A DNA stretch of 64,000 bases from a virus: IMG/VR virus record IMGVR_UViG_3300038406_000196, positions 1 through 64,000 of that record. One strand, written 5' to 3'. The position numbers and the translations under genes were made by a program. This document shows positions 15,617-25,924 of this stretch, one piece after another; the stretch's first letter is position 1; every line of letters starts with the position of its first letter. The notes beneath the pieces were generated by a model, which saw only the letters and a program-made list of their open reading frames with translations, was not told the origin of the DNA and did no database searches.

Positions 15617-16608
15617 AACACACCTCCTGGCCCGGTGCCGCTGTCCGGCTCCGGGGCGGGCTCGGCGCCGCCTGTGCCCTTGCAGTCCTCGCAGATCGCC
15701 ACCGGCACCAGCGGGTGATCGGCGCGGCCGGTGCCGTTGCAGTTCGGGCACGGAGCGGGCTCGTGCGGCTGGCCGGTGAGCCCGTCGTGGTCCGGGCCGC
15801 CGGTGGTCGCCGTGCGCTCGGGCTCCAGCGTCACCCCGGACGCCTCGACATGGACGCCCGGCCGTCCGGTGCGTCCGTGCGGGCCGGCGGCGAACGCCTT
15901 GGCGATCGGCCCGACGGGCTCGTCCTCCTCGTAGAAGTCGGCCGGATGGTCGCCGAGCGCGTTGAGCGCGAGCGCGATGTCGGCCTCCTCGGCGGTCTCC
16001 GTCATCGAGATGGACGCAAACCACCGCTGGACCGCCGCGAGCACGTCGCCGACGGCCGGGTCGACCAGCAGCACCTCGCGGACCGGGCCGGTGTGTTGCT
16101 CGGCCTCCTCGCGCGTGAGCCAGCGCCACAGGTCGCCGCTGGGATCTAGCCATGCCCATCCCAGGACGCCTGGGACGGGCTGGGCGCCTCCGCTGGGGTC
16201 CGTGGCCGCGTCCGGGCCTACGGGGGCGGTGGCGGGCTGTGGGGCGGGTGGCGTGGCCGGTTCCGGGGCGTCGGCCCACGGGCTGCGGTCGCCGGCCTCG
16301 ATCTGGTCGGCCGCCTCGTCGGCCATGGCCGCCAGGGTCTCCGGGTTGGCCACGGTGCCCACCCACTTGCGGATCTCCGCGGCGCCGTACCGCAGCGCGG
16401 CGGCCCACTCGCGGCGGCGGGACCGGTCCACCTCGTCATGCGCCAGCTTGACGATCGCCGGGTGCTCACCTTCGTAGCCGAGCACCGTGGACGGCTCCGG
16501 GCTACCCGGCGCCGGCTGGTTGCCGGCGCACCAGCCGCGCCCCCATGGGCCACGGTCCACGGTGTGCGGGGTGTGCGGGGTGGTGGTGCCGCAGCCGTCG
16601 ATGCTCAT
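15613..16608 (-). CDS. mosaic hypothetical protein with DnaJ-type CxxCxGxG repeats
   Basis: CPNCNGTG and CEDCKGTG near the C-terminus. Confidence 0.6.
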   Translation of the reverse strand: MSIDGCGTTTPHTPHTVDRGPWGRGWCAGNQPAPGSPEPSTVLGYEGEHPAIVKLAHDEVDRSRRREWAAALRYGAAEIRKWVGTVANPETLAAMADEAADQIEAGDRSPWADAPEPATPPAPQPATAPVGPDAATDPSGGAQPVPGVLGWAWLDPSGDLWRWLTREEAEQHTGPVREVLLVDPAVGDVLAAVQRWFASISMTETAEEADIALALNALGDHPADFYEEDEPVGPIAKAFAAGPHGRTGRPGVHVEASGVTLEPERTATTGGPDHDGLTGQPHEPAPCPNCNGTGRADHPLVPVAICEDCKGTGGAEPAPEPDSGTGPGGVL

Positions 16609-16907
16609 GAGGTGGCTCCCCCGGTGGTGATGAACTCGGTCTCGGCGACCGCCCACGCGACCGACTCCTGCCGGTAGTCGTGCGCGATCTCGGCCAGCCG
16701 CAGCTTGAGCAGCTCAGCCGAGTCCTTGTTGATCTCGACGCACCAGCAGGCGTTCTGCCACGCGCTGGCGGGCTCGGACACCCACTGGCCGTGCAGGGTG
16801 GTCGCTGCGCGCTGGATCGCCACGGCGGTGTTGCTGTAGTAGGCCGCCCAGTCCGACTGGGTCAGCTTGTCGTCGCTGTTGCCGATGCTGATGTAGACGG
16901 TGGTCAC
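16605..16907 (-). CDS. conserved actinophage hypothetical protein
   Basis: VYISIGNSDDKLTQSDW...WQNACWC; coupled. Confidence 0.7.
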   Translation of the reverse strand: MTTVYISIGNSDDKLTQSDWAAYYSNTAVAIQRAATTLHGQWVSEPASAWQNACWCVEINKDSAELLKLRLAEIAHDYRQESVAWAVAETEFITTGGATS

Positions 16908-17524
16908 GTGGTAGCTCCTTCGGTGGTGGGCGGGGTGGTGAGCAGCGCCGCGTTGGCCGCACCCAGCAACTCCCGCCAGGTCAGGCCGGCACTCCAGCCC
17001 TGCCCGTCACGGGTCCAGGTGTGCGTGGTGTAGCCCGGTGGCGGCGGCATGCGGTCCAGCCGGGAGCCGTCCGGGTACCACAGCGGCCCGGCTGGTTCAG
17101 CCGGCAGCTCGTACCGGCGGGGTGCGGCGTCGCCGTACAGATGCTGCGGGTTGCCGCCGGCATGCGCGTGCTCAAGGTGCTCCACATGCTCAGCCAGGCC
17201 GCCGTGGCCGATTTGGCGCAACGCTTCGGCGGCCTTGCCGGCTAGGTAGCCGCACCAGTCCGGGTCGACACCGTGCTGATGCTCGGGTGGCAGCGCGGGT
17301 GTGGCCGGCTGGCGGGGTGCGGCGTCCAGCTCGGCCAGCGCGGCATTCAAGCCCTCCATCGCGCGCTTCATCTGCGTCCACGGCGACTGGTCGGGTGCGT
17401 TGGTGAACGGCTTGTCGAGCAGGTGCGCGCTGGCGATGATGTGCGCGAACAGGCGCCGCTTGGCGTCGGCGACCCGCTTCCGTGGCTCGGCGGGTGTGGC
17501 CGGCTGGTGCTCGGTGGCGGTCAT
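16904..17524 (-). CDS. hypothetical phage protein
   Basis: ATGA and GTGA coupling on both sides. Confidence 0.55.
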   Translation of the reverse strand: MTATEHQPATPAEPRKRVADAKRRLFAHIIASAHLLDKPFTNAPDQSPWTQMKRAMEGLNAALAELDAAPRQPATPALPPEHQHGVDPDWCGYLAGKAAEALRQIGHGGLAEHVEHLEHAHAGGNPQHLYGDAAPRRYELPAEPAGPLWYPDGSRLDRMPPPPGYTTHTWTRDGQGWSAGLTWRELLGAANAALLTTPPTTEGATT

Positions 17525-17832
17525 CGCAACGTCACCCCCGGATTGCCGAAGTGCTCCCGTGCCCACTGCTCGTACAGCGCCTTCTCGCGTTCCATGGCGT
17601 CCGCCACCGCGGCGACGTACTCCTGCTCGGTGATGACGCCCTTGGCGATCAGCAGGGTGGCCATGGCGGACGTGTCGACCATCGCCGAGTTGACGCCGAC
17701 CCGGAGATGCTTCGGCGTGGTCTCAGCCGGGTCGACGTTCATCTTGGCCGCTACCCCGGACTGCATGCCGTGGGCAGCGGCGTGGTAGCGCTGGCGGGCC
17801 TGTTCGATGGATTCGGGCTGCGGTGTGGTCAT
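17521..17832 (-). CDS. hypothetical phage protein
   Basis: AAGGAG RBS; PKHLRVGVNSAM. Confidence 0.65.
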   Translation of the reverse strand: MTTPQPESIEQARQRYHAAAHGMQSGVAAKMNVDPAETTPKHLRVGVNSAMVDTSAMATLLIAKGVITEQEYVAAVADAMEREKALYEQWAREHFGNPGVTLR

Positions 17833-17995
17833 CGGGACTCCTTCGTGGTGGTGGCTCCGCACCGGCAGCGGCACGGGACGGTGGTCGCGTGGTTGGCGCG
17901 CTCGGCGCAGCGATGGTGTGTGCCAACCACCAACCCCGGCGCCGGTACGCACCACCGGTCCGCAGCCCACCGGTAGCGGCACCGCTTGGCCGCGG

Positions 17996-18415
17996 TCATC
18001 GGGTGTCCGCCTCGCCGGGCCGGGAGCCGTCGCGGATCAGCGCGATGAACACCCCGGTCAGGTTGACCAGCGCGTCACGGCCTCGCCCGAAGTCCTCCGG
18101 GCTGAACGGCCCGGCCACTGCTGCCGCGATGGCCGGACCCAGCGCGGTGGCGGCGGTCAGTGCGGCTCGTGCCCGGATCTCCTGCTCCGGGTCGAGGCCG
18201 AAGCTGGCGGTCAGCTCGGTGGTGGCCTCGACCGGCTCAGCGGCGAGGCGCTCGACGTGCTCGGCGAGCCGTTCCAGCCGCTCGCGGACCAGGACCTTGG
18301 GCACGTTGCCGTGCTCGGCGTCGTGGTAGTCGTCCAGGATGCCGCGCAGCTCGGCGGCGAGGTCGGTCGACTCGGTGCGGAGCGGGGCGTTCGGGTTGGT
18401 CCAGTCGGTGGTCAT
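17996..18415 (-). CDS. hypothetical phage protein
   Basis: ATGA coupling. Confidence 0.55.
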   Translation of the reverse strand: MTTDWTNPNAPLRTESTDLAAELRGILDDYHDAEHGNVPKVLVRERLERLAEHVERLAAEPVEATTELTASFGLDPEQEIRARAALTAATALGPAIAAAVAGPFSPEDFGRGRDALVNLTGVFIALIRDGSRPGEADTR

Positions 18416-18903
18416 GGCGTGTACACCTCGTCCTTCTGCTCCGCCAGCGCCTCGGCGTGCTCCTCGGCGGTTCCGTCCCACGGCACCACCACGGCGTGAA
18501 GCTGTGGCAGGTTGGGCGACGCGTCGAACCGGCTGTGGACCTGCTCCGCCACCTCGTTGATCTCGGACGCCCTGCGGTCCGCATCGGTGCGGTCGGCAGC
18601 GGCCAGGATGTCGTCCGGGCCTTGCACGTGCACCGCCCAGCGGGCCGGCTCGTACGTCGCCTCGAACACGTCCGGCTTGCACGGATAGAACGTCCCCGGC
18701 TTCGAGTCCGGGATGATCCAGTCGCCGACGCGGGCCGGTGCTGGGTCGCCGTGCGTGGTCGTCAGGATCAGGTGCTCCGGGTTCTTCTCGGTCGGCCCGT
18801 AGATACCGTCGGTGCCGAACGCCTCCCAGATCTCCTCGACGTTGGCGCCGTTGAACTGAATCGCCTGAACCTCGATCGGCTTCTTCCGGTAGATAGTGGT
18901 CAT
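18412..18903 (-). CDS. common phage protein (YRKKP...GDWII...FYPCKPDVFEATYE family)
   Basis: recognisable widespread phage motif. Confidence 0.8.
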   Translation of the reverse strand: MTTIYRKKPIEVQAIQFNGANVEEIWEAFGTDGIYGPTEKNPEHLILTTTHGDPAPARVGDWIIPDSKPGTFYPCKPDVFEATYEPARWAVHVQGPDDILAAADRTDADRRASEINEVAEQVHSRFDASPNLPQLHAVVVPWDGTAEEHAEALAEQKDEVYTP

Positions 18904-19134
18904 AGTTCCTCGCTCTCCTCGTTGATCTCTTCGTCTTCTAGTCCGGCGAGCACCGGCTGGTGCTCCCCCTCGGTACGTCTCGGTGTCCTGACCACCCGCC
19001 TCCGCTCCCGTCGCAGCCCGTACCGCGCCCCGCATTTCGGCCCGTAGGGGTTGCCGAACATCCACAGCGGCTCGGACTTCACCACAGGCCGGTGACAGTC
19101 GGTGCACTCGATGGGCTCGGCGGCGGTCATCGGC

Positions 19135-19623
19135 TCAGCCGCTCGCAGCCTCGTCGGTTGAACCCCGCGCTTCCCGGTCGGCCCGGTCCTGGCGCAGCTT
19201 GTCCACCAGCTCCAAGCCCTCCCGGAAATGCCGCTCGGCCTCGTCGATGGACAGGTACACGCACGCTGTGGTGCTGTCGGCGTTGTCGCAGGCGACCAGC
19301 CGCACCGGCCACTCGTCCGGGTCATCCGAAGGGTCGTAGTAGTGGATGCCAACCGAGTCGTAGGTGCCGACCGTCGACCACTCGTCGCCGACGTAGCCCG
19401 GCTGGGTCGACTCGATCAGCTCGACCGCGGCCCGTAGTCCAGCGGCCCGCCGGCCAAACCCGGTGACAGCCGGCCGAGCGCTGCTGGCCGCTGCCTGCTC
19501 CGCGTGGTGCGCGGCCTGGCGCAGCACGTCCAGAATCCGTGTCTGCTCGTCCCCGCGCGCCTCCGACCGGACCGCACGGATCACGGCGCGCTCCGTCACG
19601 TTCGGTGCTTCCTGCTCGCTCAC
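19135..19623 (-). CDS. hypothetical phage protein
   Basis: GTGA coupling to the exonuclease. Confidence 0.55.
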   Translation of the reverse strand: MSEQEAPNVTERAVIRAVRSEARGDEQTRILDVLRQAAHHAEQAAASSARPAVTGFGRRAAGLRAAVELIESTQPGYVGDEWSTVGTYDSVGIHYYDPSDDPDEWPVRLVACDNADSTTACVYLSIDEAERHFREGLELVDKLRQDRADREARGSTDEAASG

Positions 19624-20138
19624 GGCTTCATCACCCGGCCGAAGTGACCAGCGGTCAGCGACTCGACGCACCGCAGCCGGTGATGCCACGCCGGCACCAG
19701 CTCGTGGCGACGTAGCAGGCCGGCCAGCGTCTCCGCGTCGAACGACGGGACCGCACCAACCAGGTAGGCGCCGTGGGTCATCCGGGCCACCTCCGGCGCC
19801 GCGAGCCGTGGCGGCAGGTACCCGCCCACCTGAGTGTCGCTATACGCCGGTGGCAGCCTGCGACGGTTGGACAGGTACTGGCCGTACGGATGCCGTTCGT
19901 AGAACCGGCCCACCTCCAACGCCTTCGGCTCGGCGGCACTCAGGTCCACGTCCACGAAGAACGACACCTCGGTCTCCTCGCCGCCCTCCTCGCGCCGAAT
20001 CATGGCGACCTCGTGCGCCAGCCGGCCGGGGCTCAAGCCAGTCGTTTCTGTGTCAATGAAGCACAAGAGCATCGATGGCCCTTTCTTTACGGTTTCGGGT
20101 GGGGGGCAGGGTGGTCCCTGCCCGTAGACCTCGGTCAT
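19620..20138 (-). CDS. DEDD 3'-5' exonuclease-like protein
   Basis: FIDTETTGL ExoI motif, GAVPSFD ExoII; short, ExoIII not evident. Confidence 0.75.
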   Translation of the reverse strand: MTEVYGQGPPCPPPETVKKGPSMLLCFIDTETTGLSPGRLAHEVAMIRREEGGEETEVSFFVDVDLSAAEPKALEVGRFYERHPYGQYLSNRRRLPPAYSDTQVGGYLPPRLAAPEVARMTHGAYLVGAVPSFDAETLAGLLRRHELVPAWHHRLRCVESLTAGHFGRVMKP

Positions 20139-20355
20139 GCCGCCCTCGCAACCTGATGTGGGTGACGGCCGCCCGCACGCCATCCACGGCAGGCAGAGCA
20201 CCACCGTGCGCTGGCCAACCATTGGAGGTGACCGAGTGGGACGTTTCCGGGGCGAGCCACCGGTGGCCAGCCGTCAACCTCGTCACCCATTGCGGTACGG
20301 CAGGCGATGCAGTCAACGACCGAGCAGCTACCAGGCTGGGAAGCGACCACGTCAG

Positions 20356-21684
20356 TCACCCACCCAGCGCCATCGAAGCGAACCGGCCGAGGTGCAGCTG
20401 GCTGGCGGCCACAACGGTCACCTGGCGGCCACCCCGGTTCTTCGCGATGATGAGGTCCGCCTCCCCCCTCCGGGAGGAGTCCTTGTCGTAGTAGTCCTCT
20501 CGGTGGATCAGCACGATGATGTTGGCGCTGTTCTCGATGTCGCCCGACTCGCGCAGGTCCGCCATGCTGGGCCGCTTGTCCACTCGGTGCTCCGGGCCGC
20601 GGTTCAGCTGCGACAAGGCCACCACCGGGCAGCGCAGCTCAGCGGCCAGCTTCTTCAGCCCGCGCGCCAACTCGCCAACGCCCACCTGGCGGGTCTCCCG
20701 GCCCGACGGCAGGTCAACCAGCTGCATGTAGTCAACGACCACCAGCCCGAGCCCTTGGCGCCGCTTGAGCTGGCGGCAGGCCAGCCGGATTCCGGCAAGG
20801 CTGATGCTGCCGTTGTCGGAAACGTACAGCGGTACGTCGGCGGTATTGCCGATGAACCTGGCGACGCGGGTCCATTCCTCGTCGCTGAGCTTGCCCTCAT
20901 TCATGGCGGTGATGTTGATACCCAGCTCGGCGGCGACAACGGCGTTGAAGATCTCCTGCTCGCTCATTTCCAGCGAGAACAGGGCAGTTGTCAGTTTCTG
21001 GCCGAACGCGGCTGCTCGGGCGAAGTTGCGGGCCAGCACAGACTTTCCCATCGACGTACGCCCAGCGACGACGACCAGCTGGCCGGGACGGAGGCCACCG
21101 CTCAGCTCAAGGTCCAGGTCCAGTAGGCCGGTTGAGACTGGGGCAAGCTCTCCCTCGGCCTTCTCGGCTGCCTCGACACCGAGTAGCCCGTGGGTGGCGA
21201 CCTCGCTCCACGGCACCAGCTCGTCGTCGCTATGCGTTCCGGCGTCGAGCGCGTCCAGGTCGTTGCGGATCCGCTCGACTGCCTCGGCCGGGTCTTCGAG
21301 TGCAAGGCTGTAGGCGTAGGTTTGCGCTCGGCTGCCGGCCTCCTGCAACCCGCGGGCAACCGCGAATGTGCGGAGCTTGCTGGCGTGCCAGACGGCCTGC
21401 GCGGCTACCGGCACCTGCTGCACGACCTCCAGCAGGTATCCGATCCCGCCAGCCTTGACGATGTCGCCGGAGGCTGTGAGCCGGACGTTGATAGCCTCCG
21501 GGCTGACCGGGTCGCCTGCCTCGTGCGCTCCCACGATCGCGGAGAAGATCATCCGATTTCGCGCCTCGTAGAACGCACCCGGTGCGACAAGGCGCATCAC
21601 GTCATCGATGGTGCCGGGGTCGGTCATCATCGCCCCGAGGACAACCCGCTCAAGGTCTACGTCGTGAGGCTGCGGCTGGCTCAT
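20356..21684 (-). CDS. dnaB: replicative DNA helicase
   Basis: AGRTSMGKS Walker A, SLEM, VVVDYMQL, LSQLNR, DLRESGDIE, IAKNRGG. Confidence 0.97.
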   Translation of the reverse strand: MSQPQPHDVDLERVVLGAMMTDPGTIDDVMRLVAPGAFYEARNRMIFSAIVGAHEAGDPVSPEAINVRLTASGDIVKAGGIGYLLEVVQQVPVAAQAVWHASKLRTFAVARGLQEAGSRAQTYAYSLALEDPAEAVERIRNDLDALDAGTHSDDELVPWSEVATHGLLGVEAAEKAEGELAPVSTGLLDLDLELSGGLRPGQLVVVAGRTSMGKSVLARNFARAAAFGQKLTTALFSLEMSEQEIFNAVVAAELGINITAMNEGKLSDEEWTRVARFIGNTADVPLYVSDNGSISLAGIRLACRQLKRRQGLGLVVVDYMQLVDLPSGRETRQVGVGELARGLKKLAAELRCPVVALSQLNRGPEHRVDKRPSMADLRESGDIENSANIIVLIHREDYYDKDSSRRGEADLIIAKNRGGRQVTVVAASQLHLGRFASMALGG

Positions 21685-22346
21685 CGGCCACCTCCCGTGA
21701 TGCGGCGGCGGTCGGCACCGCGGAGATGGACTCGCATACCGTCAAAGATCCGGGACACCACCCGTGGGCTGACCGCCTCAGCAAGGTCCTCCGGGCTCAG
21801 GTTTGTGGTGTAGATCGACGGCAGCGGCGTGGACCATCGGTGGTCGACCAGCCGGTACAGTCCGTCGGCTGTCCAGTCGGTCTGCCGGCCGGCGCCGATG
21901 TCGTCTAGCAGCAGCAAGTCCACAGTCTCGTACCGCTCCAATACGTGCTCGTGCGTGGTGTCGGCCTTGGGTCGGAGCTGGTGGTTCAGATGCGGGTGCG
22001 TGACTACTCGGAACCGCACTGGCTGCCGGCGCTGCGCGGCGTCCAGGGCGACAGCACGGAGTGCCGCGAAGGCCAGGTGCGTCTTGCCGGTCCCCGGCTC
22101 GCCAGCGAGCAGAAGGGACGGGGCTGCACGCCAGTCGGCGACGAACCGGGCCACCCACTCCGCGACAACCTGATGATCCACGATCGCGTTGGCGAACCTG
22201 CCGGGAACCGTGTCCCGCAGCGCGGCCTCTGTCTGCTCCAGCAGCCAGGCGTCCGGGTCGAACGGCTCCGGGTCTGACGCTGGCGCGTCTGGGTCGATTC
22301 CCCGACGGCGCAGGGTCTCAATGGCGATCTCATGCAGCTGCCGCAT
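21681..22346 (-). CDS. DnaC/IstB-like helicase loader ATPase
   Basis: GEPGTGKTHLA, LLLDDIG, TTNL, SRI, GADRR. Confidence 0.9.
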   Translation of the reverse strand: MRQLHEIAIETLRRRGIDPDAPASDPEPFDPDAWLLEQTEAALRDTVPGRFANAIVDHQVVAEWVARFVADWRAAPSLLLAGEPGTGKTHLAFAALRAVALDAAQRRQPVRFRVVTHPHLNHQLRPKADTTHEHVLERYETVDLLLLDDIGAGRQTDWTADGLYRLVDHRWSTPLPSIYTTNLSPEDLAEAVSPRVVSRIFDGMRVHLRGADRRRITGGGR

Positions 22347-23310
22347 GGCCATCCTCCCAGCCGGATAGGCTCTCGGCGCTGGACACTCTGCGCCCACCGT
22401 TTGCTGGCTTGTCGGGCCTGCGCTTCACCGGCTCGTCACCCCACCGCTCCTGGTTCAGCCACGTTGTCGGATGCGGGATGTACTCGGCTTCCATCCCGCG
22501 GCAGGCGTCGGCGAAGACGCGGGCACCGGCAAGGATCTTGTCGACGGTGACGCCCTTCCTCGCCAGCGCCCTGGCGTAGGCGGCCTTGGCTGCGCCTCGG
22601 GCCTCCTTTCGTGGGTAGGTGGACCAGAACTCATCCCACGAAGGAGGGTCGTCGCCGGAGGCGGCGGAGCGCGTACGCGCGTTCCCTCTCCTTCTCCTAT
22701 TCCCCTCCTTCTCCCTCTCCCCCTCAGGAGTGAGGGGCTCATGAGGGCCTCCGGAGTCATTCGTGAGGTCGTCATGAATCGCTGTGGCCTGGACGGATGA
22801 CCCGTTCTCCGTAGTGTCCACAGTCCCTTGCCCCCCCGCCGTCCCGGGATTTTCACGAGCGGCTCGTGAAGCCTTCACGACATCCTCATGAGGGCTCACG
22901 CCGTTCCGCGGAGAAGCCTCATGAGCGTCGCCGTAGGGCTCCCCCAGGTCATGCCACGGACACGGAGGGATCTCCGACTCGCGCGGGTGCTGTGGCTTCT
23001 GGTGATCCTTCCAGTCCGGGGCGTGCAGATACCGGCGCCCGCCACTCCGGTATCTGCACACCGGCCCGGTCAACTCGTCAGAGTCGGTCGGCTGCATCAT
23101 CATCGTTAGCCACTCGTCGACCGTTGATCGGGTGATGTCGTCGTCCAGCGGGAAACAGTCCGCATTGATGAGCCGGCTGTCGTCCACGCCGCGGCCCTCG
23201 TCGTCGAGGTATCCCCACAGCAGCACCCAGAAGTAGCGGACCTCGCGAGGCCACTCAGCGACCGTCAGCGACGTACGCAGTTGCGGCTTCACGGACCTGA
23301 TCCGGGCCAT
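22330..23310 (-). CDS. phage replication initiator
   Basis: MARIRSVKP N-terminus; FWSTYPRK...YIPHPTTWLNQERW; upstream of loader and helicase. Confidence 0.85.
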   Translation of the reverse strand: MARIRSVKPQLRTSLTVAEWPREVRYFWVLLWGYLDDEGRGVDDSRLINADCFPLDDDITRSTVDEWLTMMMQPTDSDELTGPVCRYRSGGRRYLHAPDWKDHQKPQHPRESEIPPCPWHDLGEPYGDAHEASPRNGVSPHEDVVKASRAARENPGTAGGQGTVDTTENGSSVQATAIHDDLTNDSGGPHEPLTPEGEREKEGNRRRRGNARTRSAASGDDPPSWDEFWSTYPRKEARGAAKAAYARALARKGVTVDKILAGARVFADACRGMEAEYIPHPTTWLNQERWGDEPVKRRPDKPANGGRRVSSAESLSGWEDGHAAAA

Positions 23311-24943
23311 TCAGTCCCCCATTTCCGTTCGTAGTTGCCGTGGCCGCCTTGGCAAGCCTGGCCATAGTTCGCCCTGCATACGCTGCCGAGAGCGCGTCGG
23401 ATGCCTCACCGCGCGTCGGGGGTATCGGCAGCCGCAGCTTCTTGAGTCGGGTCACCTGCTCGTCGGTCACCTCGCGCGTACGCCACTTCGCGTCCGCTCG
23501 GGCGATCACACCGCCGTGCGCGCGGGCGTACTCCTCGCCGATGCCCTGCGCCCACTCCAGCGGCTGACTCTCGGAGATCGTGCGGGTCTCCCCACCGCGG
23601 AGGCTTTCCACCACCTGGTACCGGTCATCACCTGCCGGCACCAACAGGAGGCTGCGCTGACCGCACGGCAGCGTGAATCCGCTGCCCGCCGGCACCCACC
23701 GCAGGCCGCTGCGGGCGAAGAGGTTGAGCTGCTTGACGGTCAGATTGGTTGCGACACGGTGGCGTCCGAACGCCTCCGTTTCGGCCTCCTCGCGGATCAG
23801 CGCCTGTACCAGCGTCTCGCCGGGCTTGACCTTCGGCGCCTGCTCCGGGTCCAACCCGGCCAGGTCGGCGATGGTCGCCAGCCCGGCGTCGGGCGGCGCG
23901 AACAGGTCGAGGATCAGCGCGTCATCCTTGCCAGGGTGCAGGCGCAGCGCCCGCCCGGCCATCTGCACGAACAACGGCCGAGACTTTGTGGGCCGGGCAA
24001 TCAGGATGCAGGACACGGCCGGCTCGTCGAAGCCTTCCGTGAGCACCATGGCATTGGTTACCACCTGCGTCTCCCCGCTGTGGAGGCGACGCAGGATCGC
24101 CCTACGTTCGTCGGTCGGGGTCTCGCCTGATACCGCCTCGGCGGGGATGCTGTGACTGTTCAGGTGATCGGCGAGGTCGTGGGCAGTGGCGATGGTGGGT
24201 GTGAACGCGATCCCGCGCCGGTCGCTTGCGTACTTCCGGTAGGCGAACGCCGCTGCCTCGATTGCCCCTGAGTTTGCGATCTCCTGCCCGAGGCTGGCGT
24301 TGGTGAAGTCGCCGTGCGAGGTGGCCACTCGCTGAAGGTCTAGGTCGGTCATGACCTCCAACGCCTTGACGTCTACCAGGAAGCCTTCGGCGATCATGTG
24401 GATGATGCCACGCTGGTAGACGATCTCCTGCCAAACCGCGTCGAGTCCGACCCCGTCGCCGCGCCCGGCCGTGGCGGTTACGCCAACGGTCAGCGGGCCG
24501 TCGTCGGTGAAGCAGCCGAGCCTGTTGAGCACCTCCCGGTACGTCTTGGCCGCAGCGTGGTGCGCCTCGTCCACGATCACGGTTGACACGGTCCCGACCA
24601 GTGGCGCCAGCCGCTTGGGCCGGGCGAGGGTCTGGATCGAACCGATCACCACGTCGTTCTCGTAGCCGTGCTCGTTCCGCTGCGCCTTCACGACGCCCGC
24701 CCGGAGTTCGGGAGCGATCATGTAGAGCTTCTCGGCGGCCTGGCGGAGTAGTTCCTCAGTGTGGGCGATCACCAACGCCCTGCCGGACTGCGCACGGCGA
24801 CGGATTAGGTGGGAGAAGACCACCGTTTTGCCGGCGCCCGTCGGGAGAACTAACAGTTGGCAGCGGACGCCACGGTCACACCACGCCTCGCGGATCGCCT
24901 GCACAGCCTCTCGCTGGTACGGGCGCAGGGTCAGCGCGGTCAT
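23255..24943 (-). CDS. SF2 DEAH-box helicase
   Basis: LRPYQ, PTGAGKT, DEAHH, TAT, TEGFD, QMAGRALR. Confidence 0.95.
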   Translation of the reverse strand: MTALTLRPYQREAVQAIREAWCDRGVRCQLLVLPTGAGKTVVFSHLIRRRAQSGRALVIAHTEELLRQAAEKLYMIAPELRAGVVKAQRNEHGYENDVVIGSIQTLARPKRLAPLVGTVSTVIVDEAHHAAAKTYREVLNRLGCFTDDGPLTVGVTATAGRGDGVGLDAVWQEIVYQRGIIHMIAEGFLVDVKALEVMTDLDLQRVATSHGDFTNASLGQEIANSGAIEAAAFAYRKYASDRRGIAFTPTIATAHDLADHLNSHSIPAEAVSGETPTDERRAILRRLHSGETQVVTNAMVLTEGFDEPAVSCILIARPTKSRPLFVQMAGRALRLHPGKDDALILDLFAPPDAGLATIADLAGLDPEQAPKVKPGETLVQALIREEAETEAFGRHRVATNLTVKQLNLFARSGLRWVPAGSGFTLPCGQRSLLLVPAGDDRYQVVESLRGGETRTISESQPLEWAQGIGEEYARAHGGVIARADAKWRTREVTDEQVTRLKKLRLPIPPTRGEASDALSAAYAGRTMARLAKAATATTNGNGGLNGPDQVREAATAYVADGR

Positions 24944-25104
24944 ACGACGGACCTCAATCCTTGTAACAAGTAGCTATCACGGCGTACACTAGTTGAGACG
25001 ATAGCGTGCACCGTCAAGTGTACACAAGAGCGGAGATCGAGATGACAGCCCCCGCGCTCACCCGTACGAACGTTCGCGAGACCCTCCGGTCGTACACTGC
25101 CGAC

Positions 25105-25323
25105 ATGGCCAGACGGCGGATCGTCAGCATTCGGGAGGCGCGCGCGAGCCTTAGGGACCGCATCGACGGCGCCCAGGACCGCGGCGAGCACACCATCCTG
25201 GTGCGGCGCAGCAAGGTGGCGGCCGTCGTGGTGCCGCCAAGCTGGTATCGCGACGCGTGCCGGCTCATGGGCGACCCGTGGGAGGACTGGGAGCCACCGG
25301 CCGACGCTGACGACGAGTCCTGA
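25105..25323 (+). CDS. Phd/YefM family antitoxin-like protein
   Basis: VSIREARASLRDRID...HTILVRRSKVAAVVVP; TACACT -10 shortly upstream of the ATG. Confidence 0.75.
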   Translation: MARRRIVSIREARASLRDRIDGAQDRGEHTILVRRSKVAAVVVPPSWYRDACRLMGDPWEDWEPPADADDES

Positions 25324-25331
25324 CCGGCCCA

Positions 25332-25772
25332 TCACGCCACCGCCCCGGCTGCGGCCTGCCGCATCCTGACCTTGCGGCCCTTGACCGTGGACACCGGCAA
25401 CCCGGTCACATCCGAGATCAACTGGTTGGATGCGTCCCGCTCCATCAGTCGCCGGATGGTGGCGTTGACCTGCTCCGTGTCCACCTGCCGGTCCGGCGCC
25501 GGTTCGTCGTCGAGCGGGATCAGCGCCGCCTGCGCCAACACGTCACGGTGTCGGGTCCAGCCCCACCACACCTCGGGTGATGCCGTCGGGTCGACCGCGG
25601 CGGCGAGCAGGCACACCAGCGCCCACAGCTGCCAGCCGTCGAGCCGGCCCAGCAGCTCGGAGCACAGCCGCCGCGGGTCGTCGGTGCGGATACGCCGCAC
25701 CAGCTCGTCGGCGATCGGCGCCAGGTCCTCGGCCCGGTCGTCGGGGTCGGGCCACACGTAGTCAGGACGCAT
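25332..25772 (-). CDS. hypothetical protein with C-terminal HTH
   Basis: SNQLISDVTGLPVSTVKGR; GGAGG RBS. Confidence 0.6.
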   Translation of the reverse strand: MRPDYVWPDPDDRAEDLAPIADELVRRIRTDDPRRLCSELLGRLDGWQLWALVCLLAAAVDPTASPEVWWGWTRHRDVLAQAALIPLDDEPAPDRQVDTEQVNATIRRLMERDASNQLISDVTGLPVSTVKGRKVRMRQAAAGAVA

Positions 25773-25924
25773 GGTGTCTCACCTCCGCCTCATCTCGCTG
25801 CGCCTGGTCCACTCCGGTTGTCCACGGGGAGGTGCGGCAGGTGTCGCACTCCTGGCCTCGTGCAAGGTGGCGACGCCTCGCCGCGTCCGTGCCGCAGGGC
25901 TGGCGGTCGTTCGGGCCGGGGCGC

